A stretch of 64,000 nt of DNA from an uncultured Planctomycetales bacterium (lineage in GTDB: Bacteria; Omnitrophota; Gorgyraeia; Gygaellales; Profunditerraquicolaceae), in NCBI GenBank assembly GCA_964603585.1, contig CAZRVK010000003.1, forward strand, positions 131,693 through 195,692, in the 5' to 3' direction. Shown piece after piece: positions 53,462 through 63,355 of this stretch. A program made the translations under genes and the position numbers. Below the pieces are notes generated by a model, which ran no database searches, was not told the DNA's origin, and saw only the letters and a list, made by a program, of their open reading frames with translations. Position 1 is the stretch's first letter. Every line of letters begins with the position of its first letter.

Positions 53462-55252
53462 ATGCGAGATTATTTGAGGTTACTGAAATTCGTGCGCCCA
53501 TATATAGGTAAGTTCTCCCTGGCTACCATTTGTATGGGGTTTTCCGCTGTTTTTGACGGGGTATCGCTTGCGATGATCGTGCCTTTGGCGGATAAGGTCT
53601 TAACAAACAAAAGCATTATTATCCCCACACAACTTCCGGGATTTGTCCTGGATTTTGTGGATAAGATAAATAATACTCCGCCTTTAGTGCTTTTGAATTA
53701 TATGTCCATCAGTATTGTCGTTTTGTTCCTGTTCAAGGGGTTTTTTGGGTTTTTCCAGAGTTATTTAATGTCCGATATCGGGCAATTGGTGGTCAGGGAT
53801 ATCCGCGCCAAGCTTTATACCAAGTTCCAGAGCCTTTCTTTGGACTATTTTACCCATAAGCGGGGCGGGGAGATGATCTCCAGGATCACTAATGATGTGA
53901 AATTGGTGGAAAACGCGGTTTCTTATGGCTCTACGGATATGGTTTATCAAAGCATGCAGGTGGCGGTGTTTCTTACGATCACGCTGGTTTTATACGCCAA
54001 GATGGTAGTTTTTGTTATTTTGCCGGTAGGGGCTTTGACCGGGATGATCTTTGCGGTAGGCAAGAAACTGAAAAAACTCTCTAAAAGCTCTCAAGAGAAG
54101 ATGGCCGATATCAACTCTTTGCTTTATGAAACAATTATCGGTGCCAGGATCGTTAAGGCTTTCAATATGGAGCAATATGAGATCGCTAAATTCAACCGTT
54201 TTAATCACGATTATTATAAGATCTCCATGAAGTCGATAAAAAGGCTTCTGGTTTTGAGCCCGGTTACGGAATTCTTGGGTTGTGTTGCCGGGATCCTGGT
54301 CTTTTTCTGGGGCGGCAGGGAGGTGATCGCCGGAAAGCTTTCTTTCGGCGTATTCGGGCTTTTCTTGGGTTCATTACTTTCCATGATCCGCCCGTTTAAG
54401 AAACTTAGCCAGGTACATTCACTTAATCAACAGGCAGTAGCCGCCAGTATCCGTATATATGAAGTCTTGGATACAGTTGCCTCTGTTCAAGAGAAGAATC
54501 CTCCCAGGGAATTGAGTGATTTTAAGCATAATATAATCTTTGAAGATATCTGGTTTAAATACGGGGATAACCAGGTACTAAAAGGTATTGATCTGGAAGT
54601 TTCCCGCGGCCAGGTTGTGGCGATCGTGGGCCCCAGCGGTATGGGAAAAAGCACTTTGGTAGACTTGATCCCCAGGTTTTACGACCCGCAAAAAGGGAAG
54701 ATCCTGATTGATGGGGTAGATATCCGGGAATTCAGCTTGAAATCATTACGTGACCAGATAGGGATTGTCACGCAAGAGACCATTCTTTTTAACGATACTA
54801 TCAGGGCAAATATTGCTTATGGCCTGCAGGGTGCTTCTGTAGAGAGTATCGAATATGCCGCAAAACAGGCTTATGCGCATGATTTTATTTGCCGCCTTCC
54901 TGCTGGGTATGACACGGTTATAGGGGACCGGGGGATGAAGCTTTCCGGGGGAGAGCGTCAAAGGATAGCTATTGCCCGGGCGTTATTGAAAAATCCTCCA
55001 ATATTACTGCTGGACGAAGCTACTTCACAACTGGATACGGAGTCTGAACGCCTGGTGCAGGGTGCTTTAGACCACCTGATACAGGGCAGGACTGTGTTTG
55101 TGATCGCCCATCGGCTTTCTACAGTAAGAGGCGCAGACAAAATACTGGTATTGAATGCCGGCCGGATCATTGAAAAAGGAACGCATGTAGAGTTGATCAG
55201 CCAGGATGGCTTGTACAAAAAGCTTTGCCAGATGCAAGAGATGCAAAAATAA
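53462..55252 (+). CDS. ABC transporter permease/ATPase fusion, MsbA-like lipid exporter
   Basis: 6-TM domain plus NBD (GPSGMGKST, LSGGERQR, LLLDEATS); context with lpxB; start at ATG 53462 preferred over 53402. Confidence 0.8.
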   Translation: MRDYLRLLKFVRPYIGKFSLATICMGFSAVFDGVSLAMIVPLADKVLTNKSIIIPTQLPGFVLDFVDKINNTPPLVLLNYMSISIVVLFLFKGFFGFFQSYLMSDIGQLVVRDIRAKLYTKFQSLSLDYFTHKRGGEMISRITNDVKLVENAVSYGSTDMVYQSMQVAVFLTITLVLYAKMVVFVILPVGALTGMIFAVGKKLKKLSKSSQEKMADINSLLYETIIGARIVKAFNMEQYEIAKFNRFNHDYYKISMKSIKRLLVLSPVTEFLGCVAGILVFFWGGREVIAGKLSFGVFGLFLGSLLSMIRPFKKLSQVHSLNQQAVAASIRIYEVLDTVASVQEKNPPRELSDFKHNIIFEDIWFKYGDNQVLKGIDLEVSRGQVVAIVGPSGMGKSTLVDLIPRFYDPQKGKILIDGVDIREFSLKSLRDQIGIVTQETILFNDTIRANIAYGLQGASVESIEYAAKQAYAHDFICRLPAGYDTVIGDRGMKLSGGERQRIAIARALLKNPPILLLDEATSQLDTESERLVQGALDHLIQGRTVFVIAHRLSTVRGADKILVLNAGRIIEKGTHVELISQDGLYKKLCQMQEMQK

Positions 55253-55254
55253 TG

Positions 55255-55282
55255 TTGCATAATCAAGAAACTATGTTATACT
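55255..55282 (+). promoter_or_regulatory. Sigma70-like promoter TTGCAT-16-TATACT upstream of rpsB leader
   Basis: Hexamers at 55255-55260 and 55277-55282; ~140-nt leader before rpsB. Confidence 0.4.
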
Positions 55283-55423
55283 ACCAGTTTAATTTAGGTG
55301 AGAGTGTCATTAACCAAGGAAACAGTAAAAATCACGGTTCCTGCGCAGGGTAGTTTTTAGCAGGTTCCAATGAACAAATAGCCTGTTTTTGATTAAAACA
55401 GACTATGAAAGGGGGAACGAGTT

Positions 55424-56317
55424 TTGCCTACAGAATTGATCAAACAGCTTTTAGAGGCGGGAGTGCATTTTGGCCACAAAACCTCACGCTGGAATCCCAA
55501 AATGAAGAAATTCATTTTTGGCGCAAGAAGTGGCATCTATATCACCGACCTGGAAAAAACCGAGGAATGCCTTAATAAAGCAAGGGATTTTTTGAGTGAT
55601 ATCACATCCAAGGGCGAATTTATTTTATTCGCCGGGACGAAAAAACAGGCCCAGGAAGTTGTACAGCAGGAAGCTATCCGCGCCGGGATGTATTATGTTA
55701 CAGAACGCTGGCCGGGCGGGCTTTTGACTAATTTCTCCACGGTCAAAAAAAGCATCAATCGCCTTAAAGAGATCGAACGGATGAAAGAGGATGGTACTTT
55801 CGCCAAATTCACCAAAAAAGAGGTTGCCGGGTTGGAGAAGGAATTAAGCAAGTTGAAGAAGAATTTCGCCGGTATCTCTCAAATGGAGCGTATGCCCAAG
55901 GCGATTTTTATCGTAGATACTAAGAAAGAGGAAACCGCAGTACGTGAGGCGAGGCGTTTGAATATTCCGATCGTAGGGTTGATCGATACCAACTGTGATC
56001 CTGATGTGGTAGCATATCCCATCCCGGGCAATGATGATGCCACTAAATCAATAAGGCTTATCACTACTTTGCTTGCGGATACCATTATCGAAGGTAGGAA
56101 GAAATTCTTGTCTTATCTTTCTGAAAGCGGAGCGGTCAAGGCTAAAGACTCCGGATCTGAAGAGCCGGGGATTTTGCCGGAAGAGGAAATAAAGATCAAA
56201 GAGATCGAAGAAATTGTCGAGACTACCGGCGGCGCTGAAGCGGATAAACTGGCTAAAAAAGGCCGGATTAAAGTTAAACCCGAAGATAAGAGCAGAATGA
56301 TCAAAAGGAAGGTGTAA
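55424..56317 (+). CDS. rpsB: 30S ribosomal protein S2 (TTG start)
   Basis: LLEAGVHFGHKTSRWNPKM N-terminus; initiates at TTG 55424 with GGGGGAACGAG RBS. Confidence 0.9.
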   Translation: MPTELIKQLLEAGVHFGHKTSRWNPKMKKFIFGARSGIYITDLEKTEECLNKARDFLSDITSKGEFILFAGTKKQAQEVVQQEAIRAGMYYVTERWPGGLLTNFSTVKKSINRLKEIERMKEDGTFAKFTKKEVAGLEKELSKLKKNFAGISQMERMPKAIFIVDTKKEETAVREARRLNIPIVGLIDTNCDPDVVAYPIPGNDDATKSIRLITTLLADTIIEGRKKFLSYLSESGAVKAKDSGSEEPGILPEEEIKIKEIEEIVETTGGAEADKLAKKGRIKVKPEDKSRMIKRKV

Positions 56318-56324
56318 GTTTAAA

Positions 56325-56852
56325 ATGACAAAGATACCTTTAGAATCAATCAAGGAATTGCGCGATATGACCTCTGCCAGTATTGCTGAATGCCGTAAGG
56401 CTTTACAGGATTCCGAAGGCGATATTGCCAAGGCTGCAGGATTACTGCGTAAACGCGGTTTGGAGATTGCCCAGAAAAAGCAGGGCCGTGCCGCAAAAGA
56501 AGGCAGGGTTGAAGCGTATGTGCATATGGGTAACAAAATCGGTGTTTTGCTGGAAGTGAACTGTGAAACCGATTTTGTGGCGCGTAATGCCGAGTTTTGC
56601 AAATTCACTAAAGATGTTGCCATGCAGATAGCGGCTTTAAGCCCTATTTATATAAAAAAGGAAGATGTCCCGGCTGAAGTGGTTGAGCAGGAAAAGGATA
56701 AAGAGCAGTTCTTTAAGGCGCACTGCCTGTTAGAGCAGGCTTTTGTAAAAGACCCTTCAATCACGGTCAATGACCTTTTAGGCAGCCTTTTATCGAAATT
56801 CAGCGAGAATATTTTTATCCGCAGATTTGTACGCTATAAGATCGGTGAATGA
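56325..56852 (+). CDS. tsf: Elongation factor Ts (short form, 175 aa)
   Basis: [40 protein letters not shown]-like N-terminus and core dimerisation segment. Confidence 0.85.
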   Translation: MTKIPLESIKELRDMTSASIAECRKALQDSEGDIAKAAGLLRKRGLEIAQKKQGRAAKEGRVEAYVHMGNKIGVLLEVNCETDFVARNAEFCKFTKDVAMQIAALSPIYIKKEDVPAEVVEQEKDKEQFFKAHCLLEQAFVKDPSITVNDLLGSLLSKFSENIFIRRFVRYKIGE

Positions 56853-57577
56853 AATCACATCCGGTTTATAAAAGGATAGTCTTGAAATTGAGCGGTGAGG
56901 CTTTGCAAGGTAAACAGCCTCACGGGATAGACAACGCTGTTTTGGCTTCTATTGCCGTTCAAATAAAAGAGATCCGCGGACTGAATGTGGATGTAGCCAT
57001 TGTCTTGGGGGGTGGGAATATTCTGCGCGGGCAGGAACATACTAATTCCCGCGGCCTGGATATGGACCGGTCAGTTGCCGATTATATGGGGATGCTGGCT
57101 ACGGTAATTAACGGCTTGGCTTTGCAGAATGCCTTGGAAAAGATATCTTTGCCGACCAGGGTTATGACGGCGATCGAAATGCAGCGGGTGGCAGAGCCTT
57201 ATATCCGCAGAAGGGCGATCCGTCATTTAGAAAAAGGGCGGGTAGTGATTTTTGTTGCCGGGACAGGAAATCCGTATTTTACTACGGATACTGCTGCAGC
57301 CTTAAGGGCAATGGAGATACATGCCGATGCGATCCTAAAGGCAACTAAAGTTGATGGGGTGTATTCTGCTGATCCTTTAAAGGTTCAAGATGCCCGCAAG
57401 TTCGTAAGGCTTAAATATATCGATGTTTTGAAAAAAAGCCTTAAAGTGATGGACGCGACAGCGGTAAGCCTTTGTATGGACAATAAACTGCCGATCGTGG
57501 TATTTAATATGAATAAGGAAGGCAATATTAAGCGGGTTGTTTTAGGCGAGAAGATTGGAACGGTTGTTAGAGAATAA
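56849..57577 (+). CDS. pyrH: UMP kinase
   Basis: [12 protein letters not shown] and VLGGGN motifs; 242 aa. Confidence 0.9.
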   Translation: MKSHPVYKRIVLKLSGEALQGKQPHGIDNAVLASIAVQIKEIRGLNVDVAIVLGGGNILRGQEHTNSRGLDMDRSVADYMGMLATVINGLALQNALEKISLPTRVMTAIEMQRVAEPYIRRRAIRHLEKGRVVIFVAGTGNPYFTTDTAAALRAMEIHADAILKATKVDGVYSADPLKVQDARKFVRLKYIDVLKKSLKVMDATAVSLCMDNKLPIVVFNMNKEGNIKRVVLGEKIGTVVRE

Positions 57578-57623
57578 CATAGATTATCCCATTAATCAGT
57601 AAATGGGATTGTAAAAGGGGGTA

Positions 57624-58187
57624 GTGATGACTGCCAAAGAAGTTTTGCATAATGCAGAAGAAAAGATGAAAAAAGCGGTGGAGTCCGTAAGCCGTGAATA
57701 TGCGGAAGTGCGTACGGGGCGTGCGCATCCGGGTTTAGTGGAAGGCCTGCACGTTGATTATTATGGGACGCCGACTTTGCTTAAACAACTGGCGCAGATT
57801 GCAGTCCCGGATCCGCATCTGATCACTATACAACCTTGGGATATTAGTGCTATCGCCGAGATCGAGAAGGCAATATTAAAATCGAATATTGGAATTACTC
57901 CTTCTAATGACGGCAAGATAATGCGGTTATCAGTCCCGCAGCTTTCCAAAGACAGGCGGTTAGAGCTGGTAAAGGTCGTGCATAAGATGGCCGAAGAGGG
58001 CAGGGTTAGTTTGCGTACTGTCCGGCGGGAGGCTAAAGAGGCGGTAGAGAAACTGGAGAAGGATAAGCTGATTTCTGAAGATGATAAATTCCGCAGTATA
58101 GATGAATTGCAAAAGATGGTTGATAAGTATACTGCTAAGGTCGAAGAGTTATTGAAGAATAAAGAAAAAGAAGTAACAGATATTTAG
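57624..58187 (+). CDS. frr: Ribosome recycling factor
   Basis: 187 aa, typical RRF sequence; rpsB-tsf-pyrH-frr order. Confidence 0.9.
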   Translation: MMTAKEVLHNAEEKMKKAVESVSREYAEVRTGRAHPGLVEGLHVDYYGTPTLLKQLAQIAVPDPHLITIQPWDISAIAEIEKAILKSNIGITPSNDGKIMRLSVPQLSKDRRLELVKVVHKMAEEGRVSLRTVRREAKEAVEKLEKDKLISEDDKFRSIDELQKMVDKYTAKVEELLKNKEKEVTDI

Positions 58188-58323
58188 ACTATAGATTTGG
58201 GTTGCAAAGTCACAAGGTCACAACGCCACAAGTAAGTTAATAGCTTTTTTTGTTTGGTACCTTTGTGATCTGGTGACCTGGTGACATTGTGACGGAGTTA
58301 TTTTTTATCGCATATTAAATTTT

Positions 58324-58396
58324 GGGCCTCTAGCTCATCCGGTAGAGCACCACACTTTTAATGTGGGTGTGCCGAGTTCGAGTCTCGGGAGGCTCA
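58324..58396 (+). tRNA. tRNA-Lys (anticodon TTT)
   Basis: Cloverleaf: acceptor GGGCCTC/GAGGCTC, anticodon stem CCACA/TGTGG with loop CTTTTAA, T-arm CCGAG-TTCGAGT-CTCGG; no encoded CCA. Confidence 0.85.
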
Positions 58397-58458
58397 TTAA
58401 ATCAGAACTAAGAACTAAGATCGAAGAAGACGTCCGGAGTTATTGGACTTTGGCTTAC

Positions 58459-58540
58459 GCGGACGTGGCGGAATTGGCATACGCGTCGGCCTTAGGAGCC
58501 GATGGGGCAACCCTTGGGGGTTCAACTCCCTTCGTCCGCA
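58459..58540 (+). tRNA. tRNA-Leu (anticodon TAG), type II with long variable arm
   Basis: Acceptor GCGGACG/CGTCCGC, 3-bp D-stem with GG in loop, anticodon stem TCGGC/GCCGA with loop CTTAGGA, 13-nt variable arm, T-arm GGGGG-TTCAACT-CCCTT (two G-U pairs). Confidence 0.55.
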
Positions 58541-58685
58541 CTAAACTGTATGAAATGCTGTTAGCGATTCAACTGAAAAAGTTTCACCAGTATATATTGT
58601 TTTGACGGATGCATATCCTTGATCGCAGGATGGCGTATATACCGTAGTAATGGTAGCATCTGGTGGATTTTGTAAATGCTGATTT

Positions 58686-58758
58686 GCGGGAGTAGCTCAG
58701 TTGGTAGAGCGCAACCTTGCCAAGGTTGATGTCACGGGTTCGAACCCCGCCTCCCGCT
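58686..58758 (+). tRNA. tRNA-Gly (anticodon GCC)
   Basis: Acceptor GCGGGAG/CTCCCGC, D-arm GCTC-AGTTGGT-AGAGC, anticodon stem CAACC/GGTTG with loop TTGCCAA, T-loop TTCGAAC. Confidence 0.8.
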
Positions 58759-58790
58759 TAATTCTTAGTCGTACCAAAAAGGAGATTAGT

Positions 58791-59261
58791 ATGCAGATTA
58801 TGGATTTTTTGTCAAGAAATGCTATCTTATCCGATATCAAATCGGTAAAGAAGCAGGATGTGATTAATGAATTAGTCAACGCTTTGGTCGAAGGCGGAGA
58901 AGTTGAGAAACGCAACAGCACCAAGCTGGTCGATGCGCTTATGGCCAGAGAATCATTGGGCTCAACTGCGATTGGCCAGGGGGTGGCGATACCTCATGCC
59001 AAATCCGATTCTGTCACTAAACTTGTAGCTGCTTTCGGCCTTTCTAAAAAGGGTGTAGATTTCGATTCTCTGGATGGAGAGCCTGCCTATATCTTTTTCT
59101 TACTTTTAGCTCCGCAAGATTCTGCTGGCCCTCACTTAAAGGCTCTTGCTCGGATCTCCCGCCTTTTAAAAGATAAATACTTCCGTGATAGCTTGCGTGC
59201 CTGTGAGAATGATACGGCTATTGTCAAGATAATCAGCCAGGAAGATGAAAAAAAGCTTTAA
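58791..59261 (+). CDS. ptsN: PTS EIIA(Ntr)-type nitrogen regulatory protein
   Basis: EIIA-2 fold with GVAIPHAK phospho-His region; ~156 aa; start at ATG 58791 with AAAGGAG RBS (ORF-track start lies inside the tRNA). Confidence 0.75.
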   Translation: MQIMDFLSRNAILSDIKSVKKQDVINELVNALVEGGEVEKRNSTKLVDALMARESLGSTAIGQGVAIPHAKSDSVTKLVAAFGLSKKGVDFDSLDGEPAYIFFLLLAPQDSAGPHLKALARISRLLKDKYFRDSLRACENDTAIVKIISQEDEKKL

Positions 59262-59278
59262 CGGTTTAATAATAAATA

Positions 59279-60517
59279 ATGCGGGCTAAATATAAGGGTT
59301 TTTTTAAGTGGCTGTCTCCGGGGATCGGCATAAAACGCTGGTTAGGGCTTGCTATTTTCGGTATTGCCTTGATCATTATAGGCTCTGTACTTTTACGCAA
59401 TGAGGATTATTGGGTAACAAATATCCTGGACGTTATCTTAGTTTTTCTGGGAATTATCATTTTAGGATTAAGTGCCAGCCGGGTCTTTCGTTCTTTGATG
59501 GCGGTGTTTGTACCTTCGTCAAGAAATAGCGAGATAGTAGATCTTTTATACCAAAAAAAGCAGCTTGGCCGCGGACCGAAGATTGTAACCGTAGGAGGAG
59601 GCACCGGCTTATCCGTGCTATTAAGCGGCCTTAAGGAGTTTACCGCTAATAATACCGCAGTGGTCACGGTTACTGATGACGGTGGTTCTTCCGGACGGTT
59701 GCGGCAGGAATTTGATATCCTTCCGCCAGGGGATATCCGTAACTGTTTAGTGGCTTTGGCGGATGCCCCGGCATTGATGCGGGATCTTTTTCAGTTCAGG
59801 TTTGACACGAATTCAGAATTATCCGGGCATAGTTTTGGCAACTTGTTTATAACTGTAATGACCCGGTTGACGGGGGATTTTGAGAAGGCAATAAAAGAAA
59901 CCAGCAAGGTTTTGGCGTTAAAGGGGCAGGTGGTACCTTCTACTCTGGATAATGTGGTACTGTCAGCGCAGCATAAAGACGGCTCGATCACTAAGGGGGA
60001 GAAAAATATCCCTAAGGCCGGGTTGCCGATTGCCAGGATTATCTTAAACCCGTCTACTCCGGCAGCTGCTCCGGATGCCATTCGGGCTATCGAAGAAGCC
60101 GAGATCATTGTTTTAGGTCCTGGCTCGCTTTACACCAGTATTATTCCTAATTTACTGATCAAGGATATTACTGACGCAATCGTTGCTTCGGGTGCAATCA
60201 AGGTGTATGTGTGCAATATAATGACTCAACCCGGGGAAACCGATGGTTTTCGTGTCTCGGACCATATAAAGGTGCTGGTAGCGCATAGCCACCAGAAGGT
60301 TTTTGATTATTGTATCGTTAATACCGGAGAGATCGCCCCGGCTATTCTTAAACGTTATGCCCAGGAGAATTCTTATCTGGTAGTTAATGATACACGCAAT
60401 ATAGAAAACATGGGGTACCGGGTGCTTGAAAATGATTCGGTGATCACCGATGGAGTGATCCGGCATGATCCTTTGAATCTTGCGAAAATAATCGTAGGAC
60501 TGGTGGAAGAGATATAA
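59279..60517 (+). CDS. YvcK/CofD-family (gluconeogenesis factor-like) protein with ~95-aa N-terminal transmembrane extension
   Basis: IVTVGGGTGLSVLLSGLK...VVTVTDDGGSSGRLR core of the YvcK/UPF0052 family; N-terminal two hydrophobic helices; an internal Met (MAVFV) could be the true start. Confidence 0.7.
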   Translation: MRAKYKGFFKWLSPGIGIKRWLGLAIFGIALIIIGSVLLRNEDYWVTNILDVILVFLGIIILGLSASRVFRSLMAVFVPSSRNSEIVDLLYQKKQLGRGPKIVTVGGGTGLSVLLSGLKEFTANNTAVVTVTDDGGSSGRLRQEFDILPPGDIRNCLVALADAPALMRDLFQFRFDTNSELSGHSFGNLFITVMTRLTGDFEKAIKETSKVLALKGQVVPSTLDNVVLSAQHKDGSITKGEKNIPKAGLPIARIILNPSTPAAAPDAIRAIEEAEIIVLGPGSLYTSIIPNLLIKDITDAIVASGAIKVYVCNIMTQPGETDGFRVSDHIKVLVAHSHQKVFDYCIVNTGEIAPAILKRYAQENSYLVVNDTRNIENMGYRVLENDSVITDGVIRHDPLNLAKIIVGLVEEI

Positions 60518-60543
60518 TTAACCGGTTATATCAATAAAAAAAC

Positions 60544-60807
60544 ATGGCATTGATAAAGAAAAAACTTATAGTCAAGAATAAGCAGGGTTTGCATGCTCGA
60601 CCGGCGGCATTGTTCGTGCAGATCGCCAATAAATACGATTCGCGCGTTACGGTCAGGCGTGAGGATGAAGAGGTAAACGGTAAATCGATCATGGGCATTC
60701 TTATGCTGGGTGCGGAGTGTGGCAGCCAGATCAGTATTGAAGTCGAAGGTGACGACGCAGAAAGCGCGATCGTTGACCTGGAGAAACTGATAAGCAGTGA
60801 TGAATAA
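60544..60807 (+). CDS. ptsH: Phosphocarrier protein HPr
   Basis: GLHARPAALF active-site His15 region; 87 aa. Confidence 0.85.
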   Translation: MALIKKKLIVKNKQGLHARPAALFVQIANKYDSRVTVRREDEEVNGKSIMGILMLGAECGSQISIEVEGDDAESAIVDLEKLISSDE

Positions 60808-60819
60808 AAGGCAGGCGCA

Positions 60820-62550
60820 ATGTTAAGATTGAAAGGTATAGCAGCTGCAGGAGGGATAGCGATATGCCCGGCTTACAAGGTCGGAAAAGAGGAGTTTATT
60901 ATCCCGAAAATCGCCATAGATGAAAAAGATATCCCTTTGCAGATACAGCTTTTTGAAGAGGCCCTGATCAAGACCCGCAGGGAGATCATTGATCTGCAAA
61001 AAAGGATCGCCAATGATATGGGCCAGGATGAGGCGCAGATCTTTGATGCGCATCTTTTGGTTTTAGAAGACCGAATGCTTATTGAAGAGGTAATTACCCG
61101 CCTGAAGAAAGAGCATGTAAATGTCGCTTTCATCTTCTCGGAGGTTTTAAGAAAATATGTCGAGGTTTTCTCAAAGATCGAGGATGAGTACCTCAAAGAG
61201 CGTACTGCAGACGTAAATGACGTTGGGCGCAGGGTTTTGCGCAGCTTGATGGGAAAAGAGCAGAGAGTATGGGAGAATATGCCGGAGAGGGTGGTGGTGG
61301 TAGCGCATGACCTTTCTCCGTCTGATACCGCGGCGATGCATAAACAGAATGTTTGCGCCTTTGTTACTGATATCGGCGGTAAGACCTCACACACTGCCAT
61401 TATGGCCAAATCCTTGGAGATCCCTGCGGTTGTTGGTATTGAGGGAGTTACCTCTAAGATTAAAACCCAGGATATTCTTATTGTGGATGGCCAGTTAGGT
61501 GTTGTAATCGTTGATCCGGACCCGGGTACTTTGAAGTTTTATCAGGAAGAAGAAATAAAACTTAAAGGGATCACGGAGAAATTCCTGGCGGTTAAGGATC
61601 AGCCTGCAATTACGACTGACGGCAGAAAGATCGAGATCAGCGGTAATATTGAGTTCCCGGAAGAAGTCCCTTCGGTAAAGCTGCATGGCGGCCAGGGGAT
61701 CGGGCTTTATCGCACGGAATTTTTCTATATGAACCGTAAGGATGCACCTACCGAAGAAGAACATTATCAGGCTTATAAATATGTAGCTGAAACAATGAGC
61801 CCTCATCCGGTGATCATCCGTACGCTGGATTTAGGGGGGGATAAATTCCTTTCTCAATTCGAAATACCTCATGAGATCCAGCCTTTCTTAGGATGGAGGG
61901 CGATCAGGTTTTGCCTGGCGCGCCCGGACATATTCAAGGTGCAGCTGCGCGCCGCATTAAGGGCATCAATACATGGCAAGTTAAAATTGATGTATCCGAT
62001 GATCTCCGGGATCGAAGAATTAAGGCAGGCTAATCTTATCTTGAATGAAGCCAAAGAAGAATTGAAGAAAGATAATATCCTGTTTGACCAAAACATCGAA
62101 GTCGGCGCGATGATCGAAGTGCCTTCTGCGGCAATAACTGCGGATATTTTAGCTAAAGAAGCCAACTTTTTTAGTATCGGTACGAATGATTTGATCCAAT
62201 ATTCCTTGGCAGTTGACCGCGGGAATGAAAAAGTCGCATATCTTTATGAGCCTGCTCATCCGGCGGTTTTAAGGATGATCCGCAATATCATTAATGCGGC
62301 GCACGAAGCCGGGATTTGGGTGGGGATGTGCGGTGAAATGGCGGGCGAGCCGGCATTAATATTACTGCTTTTAGGTTTGGGCTTGGATGAATTCAGCATC
62401 CCGCCTTTGGTCATTCCAGAGATAAAATATATTATTCGTTCGGTTTCGATGGCTGGAGCAAGTGAAATTGCAAAAGAGGCATTGAATTTGTCAACCGGAA
62501 AAGAGGTTGAAGAATTTTGTGCAAGAAAATTAAAAGATATTTTGGGGTAA
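60820..62550 (+). CDS. ptsI: PTS enzyme I (phosphoenolpyruvate-protein phosphotransferase)
   Basis: GGKTSHTAIMAKSLEIPAVVG phospho-His region and PEP-utilising C-terminal domain; 576 aa. Confidence 0.9.
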   Translation: MLRLKGIAAAGGIAICPAYKVGKEEFIIPKIAIDEKDIPLQIQLFEEALIKTRREIIDLQKRIANDMGQDEAQIFDAHLLVLEDRMLIEEVITRLKKEHVNVAFIFSEVLRKYVEVFSKIEDEYLKERTADVNDVGRRVLRSLMGKEQRVWENMPERVVVVAHDLSPSDTAAMHKQNVCAFVTDIGGKTSHTAIMAKSLEIPAVVGIEGVTSKIKTQDILIVDGQLGVVIVDPDPGTLKFYQEEEIKLKGITEKFLAVKDQPAITTDGRKIEISGNIEFPEEVPSVKLHGGQGIGLYRTEFFYMNRKDAPTEEEHYQAYKYVAETMSPHPVIIRTLDLGGDKFLSQFEIPHEIQPFLGWRAIRFCLARPDIFKVQLRAALRASIHGKLKLMYPMISGIEELRQANLILNEAKEELKKDNILFDQNIEVGAMIEVPSAAITADILAKEANFFSIGTNDLIQYSLAVDRGNEKVAYLYEPAHPAVLRMIRNIINAAHEAGIWVGMCGEMAGEPALILLLLGLGLDEFSIPPLVIPEIKYIIRSVSMAGASEIAKEALNLSTGKEVEEFCARKLKDILG

Positions 62551-62560
62551 AACACGTTTT

Positions 62561-63310
62561 ATGAAAGCGTTGATCTTAGCCGCAGGCTATGCCACCAGGC
62601 TTTATCCATTGACCAAGAAATATCCCAAGCCTCTTTTAAAGGTGGCAGGCAGGTGCTTGATCGATTATATCGTTTCTAAAGTCGAGGCGGTCCCGGCGAT
62701 CGATGAAATAGTTGTGGTGACAAACAGCAGGTTTATCGCTAAATTCCGGCGCTGGGGCAAAAACATTAAAACCGAAAAGAAAGTGACTATAGTCGATGAT
62801 TTAACCTCTACTTTAGCCGACCGGCGCGGGGCGATCGGAGATATCCAGTTTGTGCTTCAGAATCGGCGGATCAATGATGACCTTTTGGTAATAGGTGGGG
62901 ATAATTTGTTTGATGGCGACCTGAATAGCCTGCTTAATTTTGCCAAACGGCATAGAAAAAATTCTACTATCGGAGTTTTTGATATTAAGTCCCGCTCGGA
63001 AGCAGTAAAATACGGCGTGATCAAATTGGATAAAAGGCATAAGATCATTGATTTTAAAGAGAAACCGCAAAGGCCTTTTTCTACGCTGGTGGCAATGTGC
63101 CTGTATTATTTCCCCAAAGAAAAGCTGGGTTTGATCGGGCAGTATCTTGGTTTTAAGGAGCATAAGCAGGATGCTACCGGGTTTTATATCGATTGGTTAA
63201 GGAAAAAAGAACCGGCTTATGGCTATGTTTTCCGCGGGAGCTGGTATGATATCGGGGATATGGACTTTTATCGCAAGGCGCAGGATATTTTTTCTAAAAT
63301 CAAAGGGTAA
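62561..63310 (+). CDS. Sugar-phosphate nucleotidyltransferase (NTP-transferase family)
   Basis: MKALILAAGYATRLYPLTKKYPKPLL N-terminal motif typical of glucose/mannose-1-phosphate nucleotidyltransferases. Confidence 0.75.
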   Translation: MKALILAAGYATRLYPLTKKYPKPLLKVAGRCLIDYIVSKVEAVPAIDEIVVVTNSRFIAKFRRWGKNIKTEKKVTIVDDLTSTLADRRGAIGDIQFVLQNRRINDDLLVIGGDNLFDGDLNSLLNFAKRHRKNSTIGVFDIKSRSEAVKYGVIKLDKRHKIIDFKEKPQRPFSTLVAMCLYYFPKEKLGLIGQYLGFKEHKQDATGFYIDWLRKKEPAYGYVFRGSWYDIGDMDFYRKAQDIFSKIKG

Positions 63311-63355
63311 ATCAACAAGTTATTATAAACGTTAGGCGAACTAAAGGGAGGGTAC

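Noticed and set aside
56048-56623. 191-aa minus-strand ORF over the rpsB/tsf junction
   Set aside because: Overlaps two conserved translation genes on the opposite strand; Ser/Leu-rich shadow translation.
58363-58605. 80-aa plus-strand ORF between frr and ptsN
   Set aside because: Overlaps tRNA-Lys and the inferred tRNA-Leu; tRNA structures explain the sequence.
60873-61409. 178-aa minus-strand ORF inside ptsI
   Set aside because: Antisense shadow of PTS enzyme I.
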